Shown here one piece after another: positions 18,584-25,132 of a stretch of DNA of 32,000 nt. The notes below the pieces were generated by a model that saw nothing but the letters and a program-made list of their open reading frames with translations, was not told where the DNA came from and searched no databases. Location: assembly GCF_036323395.1 (NCBI RefSeq), contig NZ_AP028907.1, positions 1,770,001-1,802,000 of the forward strand. Reading direction: 5' to 3'. Made by a program: the position numbers and the translations under genes. Each line of letters starts with the position of its first letter. Position 1 is the first letter of the stretch. This stretch comes from Pyrodictium abyssi. GTDB taxonomy: Archaea > Thermoproteota > Thermoprotei_A > Sulfolobales > Pyrodictiaceae.

Positions 18584-19099
18584 AGGGTGTGGCCTCGGGG
18601 TGCCTGGTGCTGCCGGGGGCTGTAGGGCTTCATTCTCGCCTCCTGTGCTGCTTGGCTAGGAGCGCGTATGTACTGGTGGTATTCTTCCACCTTTTCCTCG
18701 GGGAAGGGTGTCTCCGCGTCCACCCCCTCTACTCTTGCCAGCTTCCTGTCCAGCGTGTATATCTTCTCCGCGTTGAGGCTCCGGGCTAGTGCTACAAGGT
18801 AGCCGTCCCACGACTCGATGCTGTAGGCTGCTGTGTCTAGGGCCTTTGCCGCTGGTGCGGCTTCTACGCTGGGGTAGAGCGCGGGTGAGCCCGTCTCAAG
18901 CATAGAGACTAGGACCTTCTTTACGGCGTGCCTCTGGACCCGGAGGTACCTCGTGGCTATGTGGTAGGCGCCGAGCACGGCTGTCACCGGTATTACCGCC
19001 CTCCGGCGGAGCGCTAGGACATCCTCCTAGGAACTCCACGGCGGGCCGGCGGAGCGGGTTCTCGAAGCACACGAGGACAACTATGCTGACGTCCACCAC
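18580..19099 (-). pseudogene. vapC: PIN-domain VapC disrupted by a frameshift near 19015-19040
   Basis: The N-terminus (VVDVSIVVLVCFENPLRRPAVEFL) is in the frame of ORF 18896-19138. The continuation (EDVLALRRRAVIPVTAVLGAYHIATRYL ... WDGYLVALARSLNAEKIYTLDRKL) is in the frame of ORF 18580-18987. Confidence 0.65.
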
Positions 19100-19103
19100 C
19101 CCC

Positions 19104-19452
19104 TCAACGTACCCCGAGCTTGCGCTCCGCGTACTCACGCCCCATCCACTCCCACTCCTCCTCTACCCGGCCGCCAGCCTCCTCGGTGAACGGCTCTAGA
19201 CGCTCAGCCAGAGCCCGCTCCCTCCACCACGCGGCCCGCTCCCCCAGGTCCCCGGCCCCCCGGGGGCACAAGCTCCACCCAGCCACCCCGGACCCGCAGG
19301 ACCAGCCGCCCACCGTTCTCTAGGCCTAGTAGCCGGCGCACCTCAGCCGGGAGGACTAGCCTCCCACGCCGGTCCACCCGGACCTCGTACTCCCCGGAGC
19401 AAGCCGCGGCACAGAGCCACCCCCGGGCGAATCCTCCAGAGAAGACCCTCAC
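19104..19452 (-). pseudogene. vapB: AbrB/SpoVT-type VapB antitoxin disrupted by a frameshift at the C6G5 run 19256-19266
   Basis: The AbrB domain YEVRVDRRGRLVLPAEVRRLLGLENGGRLVLRVRGGWVELVPP is in one frame. The plausible C-terminus (GDLGERAAWWRERALAERLEPFTEE..EYAERKLGVR*) is in another and ends 5 nt before the vapC GTG. Confidence 0.6.
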
Positions 19453-19575
19453 TAGGTATAACCTGGGGCCCCGCTATCGCTGTCTCCATCCCTTAGCGCT
19501 GCGGCCCTGTGCCGGGCGGCCCCGCCGGCGTGCCCCCGGGGGTTCTTGCCCCTTGTGGGCGCCCCCTGGCCGGGG

Positions 19576-19947
19576 CTAGCGGGGGTTCGCCCCGCGGGGC
19601 TGCTGGGCGAGGATGCAGGCCCATGTGGAGGGGCCGTCGAGGAGGATGCGTAGCCTGTTCAGCACCTCTCTCCCTACGAGGCGCTTGCCCCCGCCGTAGA
19701 GGGGCGTCTCGATGTAGACCTCGAGCCGCCGCCCCGCTACCTCGGCGACGGCGCGGGCCACTCTCATCGTGACGGTGTCTGCTAGCGTGCGGTAGGTCCT
19801 CCAGAGGCTCCGGGGCAGCTCGCCTATCATGAAGAACTCGTACTCGCCACGGGGCAGCATTATCGGGCCCTCGTACCCGGTGTCCACTTGGAGGGCTATC
19901 TCGCCGTACTCCTCCAGGGCCGCGTTGTAGAGGCGCAGACGGAGCAT
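19576..19947 (-). CDS. Retropepsin-like clan AA aspartic protease (AF_0612-like)
   Basis: MLRLRLYNAALEEYGEIALQVDTGYEGPIMLP has the catalytic D-T-G preceded by a hydrophobic beta strand. The C-terminal VGREVLNRLRILLDG is family-like. About 123 aa from the ATG at 19947; the ORF-track N-extension is Arg/Gly junk. Confidence 0.8.
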   Translation of the reverse strand: MLRLRLYNAALEEYGEIALQVDTGYEGPIMLPRGEYEFFMIGELPRSLWRTYRTLADTVTMRVARAVAEVAGRRLEVYIETPLYGGGKRLVGREVLNRLRILLDGPSTWACILAQQPRGANPR

Positions 19948-19988
19948 GGGGTAGGGGAGCCTCAGCCCCGGCGCGTAGCTCCAGCACT

Positions 19989-20375
19989 CTATGCCGGCTC
20001 CAGCGCCCCGCCCAGCCACTCGCCCCCTCCCCCGGCCTCGTCGTCCACACCCGGCCGCACCAGGACGGCCCTTCTCACCCCGCGACGGCGTAGCTCGCGC
20101 AGCGCCTCGGCGGCCTCCTCGAGGCTGGCGTAGACGCCTACTAGCCGGCCCCCGGCTATCACGACGTACATGCCGCGGGCCTCCCGGAGGAGCCGGGGCC
20201 GCAGCCGCTCCCACGCCTCATCGTCCACAGCCGAGTCCTCCACCACGGCGCCGCCGCGGAGCCAGAGCTCGATAGCCTCCTCCACGGCCTCGGAGGGCGA
20301 GAGGCCCCGGCGGGCAGCCTCGGCCTTAAGAAGCCTAACCTTCTCCGGAGATATCTTCTTCAGCACTAGAGGCAA
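19989..20375 (-). CDS. Ribbon-helix-helix DNA-binding domain fused to a DUF5678-like domain
   Basis: The N-terminus KISPEKVRLLKAEAARRGLSPSEAVEEAIELWL is RHH-like. The C-terminus MYVVIAGGRLVGVYASLEEAAEALRELRRRGVRRAVLVRPG resembles DUF5678. It lies immediately upstream of the aspartic protease gene. Confidence 0.65.
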   Translation of the reverse strand: MPLVLKKISPEKVRLLKAEAARRGLSPSEAVEEAIELWLRGGAVVEDSAVDDEAWERLRPRLLREARGMYVVIAGGRLVGVYASLEEAAEALRELRRRGVRRAVLVRPGVDDEAGGGGEWLGGALEPA

Positions 20376-20479
20376 CCCAGTCGCCCCGGGTACACCAGTA
20401 CACCCAGAACAGCGCTTTCAACCTATCCCCTGGCAGAGCCGAGCCCCAGGAGCGGCCCGGAGCGTAGGGCTATGCTTAT

Positions 20480-20517
20480 CCCTCTCTGCCCGCTCTACAG
20501 CCACGGGGCAGAGAGGG
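20480..20517. other. 12-bp stem / 14-nt loop hairpin (CCCTCTCTGCCC ... GGGCAGAGAGGG)
   Basis: Perfect inverted repeat read directly, in the ORF-poor stretch between 20375 and 20762. Confidence 0.5.
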
Positions 20518-20761
20518 CCCCCGGAGTGCCTCTGGTGGCCCGCCCCCTGGGAGCTGGAGGCCGGAGCCCGAGAAGGCCCGGATTACTCGCCGCCTAGCCC
20601 CCTGACCTCGCCTCCGAAGAGGCCTCGAGGAGCCTGCTCCTGGAGGCGCTGCTACGCGAAGCAGCCACACGGGAGGACGTGGAGAAGCTCGAGGAGAAGA
20701 TAGAGCAGAGGATGCACCGGATAGAAGAGAGGCTCGTAGACCGGAGAAAGAGCCGAGGGAG

Positions 20762-21067
20762 GTGGGCCCCGTGGCCGAGGAGAGACGGGCAAGGGTAATC
20801 GAGTACGACCCGGAGGCCGACGTGCTAACAGTGAACCTCCGGCCCGGCAGGAGGATAGCCGAGGATAGGCTACTCGACAACGATGTGGTGGTATCGGTGG
20901 ACGAGAAGGGCGAGCCAGTGCAGGTGCAGGTGCTCGACGCCAGCAAGCGGGGCCTCGTCGAGGCGCTCCTAGAGCTCCACCAGGCCCGGAAAGCCCTACT
21001 CCAGCTCCTCACAGGGCGGAGCACCGCCGGCCCCGCCGAGAGACAGCAGGCCCCCGAGAGCCCGTAG
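20762..21067 (+). CDS. DUF2283-domain protein (putative antitoxin-type), no cognate DUF4258 partner seen
   Basis: RVIEYDPEADVLTVNLRPGRRIAEDRLLDNDVVVSVDEKGEPVQVQVLDAS matches the YDxEADxLyi ... G.vvgiEil.as pattern. Confidence 0.78.
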   Translation: MGPVAEERRARVIEYDPEADVLTVNLRPGRRIAEDRLLDNDVVVSVDEKGEPVQVQVLDASKRGLVEALLELHQARKALLQLLTGRSTAGPAERQQAPESP

Positions 21068-21129
21068 CCCCGCCGCCCCGGCGGCTACAGCTCCCGTGCC
21101 CTGAGGGCCGTAGCTGCCAGCGCAGCCTA

Positions 21130-21254
21130 CTCAACCCTCTCAGCGTACTTTTCGGGCACCTCAGCAATACCCTTGGATATGCCGGCCCCCTGGACTCGAG
21201 TAGCTTTCCTACAGCGCCTCTGGGTACGCGAAGCCTCACAACACCGCTAGCCAC
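21130..21254 (-). pseudogene. Degraded duplicate of the vapB gene at 14065-14229
   Basis: About 144 bp (21130-21273) aligns with 14104-14247 at roughly 90 percent identity by eye. Translation starts identically (MASGVVRLRVPRGAVGKLL), then an indel shifts the frame. No PIN gene follows. Confidence 0.65.
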
Positions 21255-21262
21255 GAGCCCTC

Positions 21263-21352
21263 TACCACACGGTGCTGGTCGCCCCGGACTGGGCCCTGCA
21301 CGCCGAAGAGTAGAGGACCCGGCGGCCCCGCCGGCGTGCCCTGCCCCGGGGG
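21263..21352 (+). repeat. Copy of the ATP-grasp gene 3' end plus downstream sequence (compare 13133-13200)
   Basis: It translates LVAPDWALHAEE*, versus LVASDWALHAEQQQ* at the end of 12063-13178. It is followed by the shared GGCGTGCCCTGC motif and is fused directly to the vapB-fragment upstream region. Confidence 0.65.
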
Positions 21353-21383
21353 CGGGGTTTGGCGTGTAGTAGGCCCGGCCAAC

Positions 21384-21427
21384 AGGGACCCCCGGGGACG
21401 GGTACGGGGGAAGCGGAGCAGGGCTGG
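21384..21427 (+). repeat. Direct repeat R1, copy 1 (AGGGACCCCCGGGGACGGGTACGGGGGAAGCGGAGCAGGGCTGG)
   Basis: It matches 22349-22391 with one indel and one mismatch. The two copies bracket the vapBC cassette at 21509-22245. Confidence 0.85.
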
Positions 21428-21508
21428 GAAAGGAGCGTGTAGCTCGGCGACTCTGCTCATACTGGAGGGCGTGGCGGCGATACTGGTATAGCAGCCCGCT
21501 GGGGCGTA

Positions 21509-21781
21509 TTGATGGGTGAGCGTGGGAGGGAGCGGGTGCTGGCTCTCTGGAGGGGTCTTCCGTTGGCTGGGGAGGCCGTGGTTGAGGCGGTCTACGAGAG
21601 GGGTGTGCTACGGCTCCTTCGGCCCCTGGACTTGCCGGATGGGGCGCGTGTCGTTGTGAGGATAGTGGAGGCGGGTAGGCCGCCGCGTGGCCTGCTGGAG
21701 GTCCTCGACGAGATTGCGCGGGAGTACCGGGGCCGGGCGCGGGAGGATCCTCTCGAGGCGTTCCTCAGGGAGAGAAGATGA
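21509..21781 (+). CDS. vapB: AF2212-like (DUF104) antitoxin
   Basis: VVEAVYERGVLRLLRPLDLPDGARVVVRIVE. The stop overlaps the vapC ATG (ATGA). The real start may be TTG 21563 or GTG 21578. Confidence 0.8.
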   Translation: MMGERGRERVLALWRGLPLAGEAVVEAVYERGVLRLLRPLDLPDGARVVVRIVEAGRPPRGLLEVLDEIAREYRGRAREDPLEAFLRERR

Positions 21782-22245
21782 TAGTGCTGGATACGTCTAT
21801 CCTAGTGGACGCCGTTATACCGTTTGACGAGCACCGGCGGAGCATAGTTAGGAGGGTGCTCCGGGCGGTAGAGGAGGCCGGGGCGGTTGTCTACGAGCCC
21901 CGTCTCGTCCTGGTAGAGCTGGCGGGCGTCCTGGCCCGGTACCAGCCGCCGGATAAGGTGCGTAGCCATGTTGAGAGGATAGCAGAGAAGCTGGTGATAA
22001 TAGACTACGGCGTACTGCATGATACGGCTTACCGGGTGGCCCTGGAAACGGGGTGTAGGGCTGCAGACGCGTTCTTCATAGCGGCCGCGCTGCACACGGG
22101 CTCGCTTCTAGCCACAAACGACAGGATCCAGGCGGCAAACGCGGCTAGAATGGGTGTCGAGGCCTACTATGTGCTGCAGCAGCACCAGCAGCTCATAGAG
22201 CGGTTAAGGGATGCCAAAGAACCCCTAGACACAATGGATCAGTAA
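21778..22245 (+). CDS. vapC: PIN-domain toxin VapC
   Basis: MIVLDTSILVDAV, YEPRLVLVELAGVL, GCRAADAFFIAAALHTGSLLATNDRI. All PIN acidic positions are present. Confidence 0.92.
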   Translation: MIVLDTSILVDAVIPFDEHRRSIVRRVLRAVEEAGAVVYEPRLVLVELAGVLARYQPPDKVRSHVERIAEKLVIIDYGVLHDTAYRVALETGCRAADAFFIAAALHTGSLLATNDRIQAANAARMGVEAYYVLQQHQQLIERLRDAKEPLDTMDQ

Positions 22246-22348
22246 AATGGGGGAAGAGACTGGATTAGTTAGGCAACTGCTAGCCGGCCGACTACGTGGA
22301 GCCAGGGCCCCAACGTCTTCGATGGCTAGAGGTGCCAGCCAGGCCGAT

Positions 22349-22391
22349 AGGGACCCCGGGGACGGGTACGGGGGAAGCGGAGCCGGGCTGG
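22349..22391 (+). repeat. Direct repeat R1, copy 2
   Basis: See 21384-21427. It is immediately followed by the GCCCCCGGGGGC palindrome. Confidence 0.85.
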
Positions 22392-22513
22392 CCCCCGGGG
22401 GCGTAGCTAGCTATCCGGGGATGGTCTTGCTGCTCCTCTTCCCCTGTCTACCCCCTCTCTGGCTGCTGGCGCGCGTGTGGGGTTTGGTCTCGGGGGTGGG
22501 GCCTCCCCTGGGG

Positions 22514-22936
22514 CTACTCTTGTACGATTTTTATGCCTGGTAGGTTTTTGAAGTGTTTGTCGAAGGTGTAGACCTCTTCTACGCCGTGTTCCATCATCTT
22601 GATGTAGGCTAGGGCGTCGTTTAGGCTGACCGTGTAGCGGCTTGCTGTGGCTAGCGCCTTCTCGTAGTCCTCCTCCGTGACGCCTGCCACCCTTATATTC
22701 TCTAGCGAGAGTATCCGTGCCGCTACTCTGAGGCTTGTCTGGAGGCCTAGCCTCGCCTCCACGATGTTTGCTATCTCGGCTACGTGGATGACGGTTGTCA
22801 GCACCTCTTCGGAGCCCGCGTCTATGCGCTCTATTATGCTCTTGGCCCGCTCCTTTACCTGGGCTTCTCGCTGGCTTAGCCTTCTCCTCGGGGCGAGGTA
22901 GGCGTGGAGGAAAACGCTCGAGTCGAGGAACCTCAC
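22514..22936 (-). CDS. vapC: PIN-domain toxin VapC
   Basis: MRFLDSSVFLHAYL, VIHVAEIANIVE, SLNDALAYIKMMEHGVEEVYTFDKHF. The GTG start overlaps the vapB stop by 1 nt. Confidence 0.9.
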   Translation of the reverse strand: MRFLDSSVFLHAYLAPRRRLSQREAQVKERAKSIIERIDAGSEEVLTTVIHVAEIANIVEARLGLQTSLRVAARILSLENIRVAGVTEEDYEKALATASRYTVSLNDALAYIKMMEHGVEEVYTFDKHFKNLPGIKIVQE

Positions 22937-23172
22937 TACCGCTGCCCCTCCCTGGCTAGGGCTCTGCGCAGCTCGTGGGTGTCGGTGAAGTCCTCCACAT
23001 CGTCCACGACTATGGAGTCGAAGAGGCTTGTAAGGCTGACCGGTTCTACGGGCCGGAGCACTATCCTATCCTCCTCGGCCTCCACAATGAATAGCCTTGT
23101 CTTCAGCTTTCTCCGGATACCAGCGGGTATCAGTATCCTTCCCTGCTTATCCATCCTAGCCAGGAGACCCAT
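22936..23172 (-). CDS. vapB: AbrB/SpoVT-type antitoxin VapB
   Basis: ARMDKQGRILIPAGIRRKLKTRLFIVEAEEDRIVLRPV is a canonical AbrB-type swapped hairpin. Confidence 0.9.
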   Translation of the reverse strand: MGLLARMDKQGRILIPAGIRRKLKTRLFIVEAEEDRIVLRPVEPVSLTSLFDSIVVDDVEDFTDTHELRRALAREGQR

Positions 23173-23435
23173 ACCCCCACCAGCCCTATAGAAGCGCTAC
23201 CACCGGCTTAATAGTGCTTCCAGGCTCTCGGTGCTATACCGGCTCCTGGAAGCCCTCCAGGACCACCGTGACCCGGCACTACAGTGCTCCATGCGGGGGC
23301 TGAACCCCTGGAGGGGCAGGAGGAACACCCCTAGTACTACCACCCAGCAACGCCACATACAAGCATGCAAAGAACACATCTCCACCGGGCCTGCACGGCT
23401 ACCAGGCCACCTGCACACTACAGCCCTAAAGGCCA

Positions 23436-23463
23436 CCAAGGCCTGCTGCGCAGCAGGCCTTGG
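23436..23463. repeat. Perfect 28-bp palindrome CCAAGGCCTGCTGCGCAGCAGGCCTTGG
   Basis: Read directly: 13-bp arms with a 2-nt centre. It lies in the roughly 580-bp ORF-poor spacer 23173-23754. Confidence 0.8.
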
Positions 23464-23754
23464 CGGCTGGAGGCTGCGCCTAGGTGCACAGCCGGAACCG
23501 CAAGAGAGATTTAAGGCGCTCCTCTCCGCGGGCTCCTTGGCCGCTGTAAGAGGATCTAGCTAGCCGGGGAGGGGGAGAAGGGCTGGAAGAGGCAGGGGCT
23601 CCGGGGGACCCGGGGCTGCGGCTGCCGGGGCTGGGTGGTGCTTGGACGCGGGTTCTAGAGCCTTGCGGCGCGCATCGAGCTGCTTTTTGATGCCGCTGTT
23701 TGGTGGTAAGTGTGGCTAGCGCCGGGTCCGGCCTCCTGTCTCTCTGGGACTGCT

Positions 23755-23936
23755 CTCGGGTCCTCCGCTACCCCGGGCACCCTGTGCTCGCTGCGGCGTA
23801 GCCCGGGGCGTGTCCGGGTGGTGTGAGCCCTGGGTATCCGGAGTGTTGCAGCCCTGGTTTGCGTGTGCGACGCTTTCTACCGGGTGCCCCGCGCCGGCGA
23901 CCCCGGCTTCATCGACGCTGTGCTGGAGATCGCGGG
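23755..23936 (+). pseudogene. Fragment duplicating the 5' part of the ATP-grasp gene (compare 12098-12283)
   Basis: 23865-23936 matches 12212-12283 with a single mismatch. The upstream 110 nt is more diverged, with two short deletions. In frame it reads ..VV*ALGIRSVAALVCVCDAFYRVPRAGDPGFIDAVLEIAG, with TGA replacing the Cys codon. Homology ends abruptly before the vapC stop at 23978. Confidence 0.8.
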
Positions 23937-23977
23937 TGTCGGTGTCACGTGTCGGCTCCTGGGCTACTCGGCTGCTC

Positions 23978-24385
23978 CTACGCGCCCTGTAGCTCTTTTA
24001 GCAGCTGCTCGACGCTGATGGACTCGGGGAATCTCTGTAGGTCGCTGTCCTCTGTGACTAGCTTCATCCGGTGTGCCCGCGCCGCGTATAGGTAGGATGC
24101 GTCGTAGAACGTGAGGCTCTCGCTCGTGGCGAGCTCTGCTATCTCGGGCAGCCTGTCCCGGAGGCTTATCACCTGCATGCCGCCGAGGACCTCCTGGAAG
24201 AGCCTGGCCACCACCAGGAGGTCCCTGATCCTGCCTCTCCGGTGCTCCTTCCAGATGACGTTCCCGACCTCGTAGACTGTCAGGTCTAGGGCTGCGAAGA
24301 GATGGGTGTAGGCTAGCAGGGTTTCCCGGAGCCGGAGTACTAGCGGGTATAGGGCCGAGGCGTCGAGGAGATACCTGCCCGCCAC
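23978..24385 (-). CDS. vapC: PIN-domain toxin VapC
   Basis: RYLLDASALYPLV, LDLTVYEVGNVIWKE, SLTFYDASYLYAARAHRMKLVTEDSDL. The GTG at 24385 just after the vapB stop is preferred; the ORF-track start is 24433. Confidence 0.85.
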   Translation of the reverse strand: MAGRYLLDASALYPLVLRLRETLLAYTHLFAALDLTVYEVGNVIWKEHRRGRIRDLLVVARLFQEVLGGMQVISLRDRLPEIAELATSESLTFYDASYLYAARAHRMKLVTEDSDLQRFPESISVEQLLKELQGA

Positions 24386-24393
24386 AGCCGCGG

Positions 24394-24618
24394 CTACCTC
24401 TCCTTCCTCGTCTCCCGGACCGCCTGCACCCACTCCTCCACCGTGAGGTCCATGGCGTCTAGCGCCTCGTCTATGAGCCTCCGGAGCCGGTGCATCCGGG
24501 CCCGCCGGATCTCCTCCTCCAGCGCCTTCTCCACGACAGCCCGGAGGTCTATGCCCAGCCTCTCAGCTTCCTCCTTGAGCTCGCGCCGGACCCGGACAGA
24601 TAGGACAACCGTAGACAC
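24394..24618 (-). CDS. vapB: Ribbon-helix-helix (CopG-like) antitoxin VapB
   Basis: VVLSVRVRRELKEEAERLGIDLRAVVEKALEEEI fits a beta strand plus two helices. GTG start at 24618. Confidence 0.85.
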   Translation of the reverse strand: MSTVVLSVRVRRELKEEAERLGIDLRAVVEKALEEEIRRARMHRLRRLIDEALDAMDLTVEEWVQAVRETRKER

Positions 24619-24653
24619 TCCGCGCCTCCCCCGGCACCGTAGACGCGGCCACC

Positions 24654-24661
24654 GTATATAA
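24654..24661 (-). promoter_or_regulatory. TATA-box-like element TTATATAC
   Basis: The only AT-rich octamer in GC-rich DNA here, 37-44 nt upstream of the vapB GTG at 24618. Confidence 0.35.
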
Positions 24662-24810
24662 GCAGCGTGTACACTATAGCCACCCCAGGCAAGCAGAAGG
24701 GGACTAAGCAGGCAAAGGAGCCGTACACGCTCCCTAGTATCCCCCGGTGCGCCGCCATGCAGGCCCCGGGCCCCGGAGCCCTGTGAACGCCGCCGTAGCA
24801 GCGGTGGTCC

Positions 24811-24981
24811 TGGCCCCCGGGCTTGCCGGATGGGGCGCGTGTCGTTGTGAGGATAGTGGAGGCGGGTAGGCCGCCGCGTGGCCTGCTGGAGGTCCTCGAC
24901 GAGATCGCGCAGGGGTACCGGGGCCGGGCGCGGGAGGGATCCTCTCGAGGCGTTCCTCAGGGAGAGAAGATGATAGTGCTG
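24811..24981 (+). pseudogene. Truncated duplicate of the AF2212-type antitoxin 3' part plus the first codons of vapC (compare 21618-21790)
   Basis: About 160 nt are nearly identical to 21631-21790 (3 mismatches and a 1-nt insertion, GGGAGGGATCC). The copy includes the ATGATAGTGCTGG junction and then diverges. Confidence 0.82.
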
Positions 24982-25132
24982 GGATGGATTGTCTCTATGC
25001 CCGCTGGGCGCTGAGAGATGGCGGAGAACGTGGAGAAGCTCTTAGCCGAGATAAGGGGAGCATCTGTGGCCAGGCGGGGCGGGCAGAGCATCGCATAGCG
25101 ATGGCTCCTCATGCTCCTACCGGATAACATAG

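Noticed and set aside
19493-21024. Long alternative-frame ORFs (19493-20050 minus, 19991-20275 plus, 20170-20703 plus, 20476-21024 minus, and the N-terminal extension of 19576-20214)
   Set aside because: They give Arg/Gly/Pro-rich translations overlapping the protease, RHH-DUF5678 and DUF2283 genes, which have recognisable motifs. This is a GC-rich frame artefact.
22247-22543. 98-aa ORF downstream of vapC
   Set aside because: It runs straight through direct repeat R1 copy 2 and the C5G5 palindrome and gives a Gly/Leu/Pro-rich translation. It is more likely non-coding spacer.
23231-23563. 110-aa ORF in the 23.2-23.75 kb spacer
   Set aside because: It has no motifs and an unusual composition, and it spans the 28-bp palindrome. 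It is treated as non-coding.
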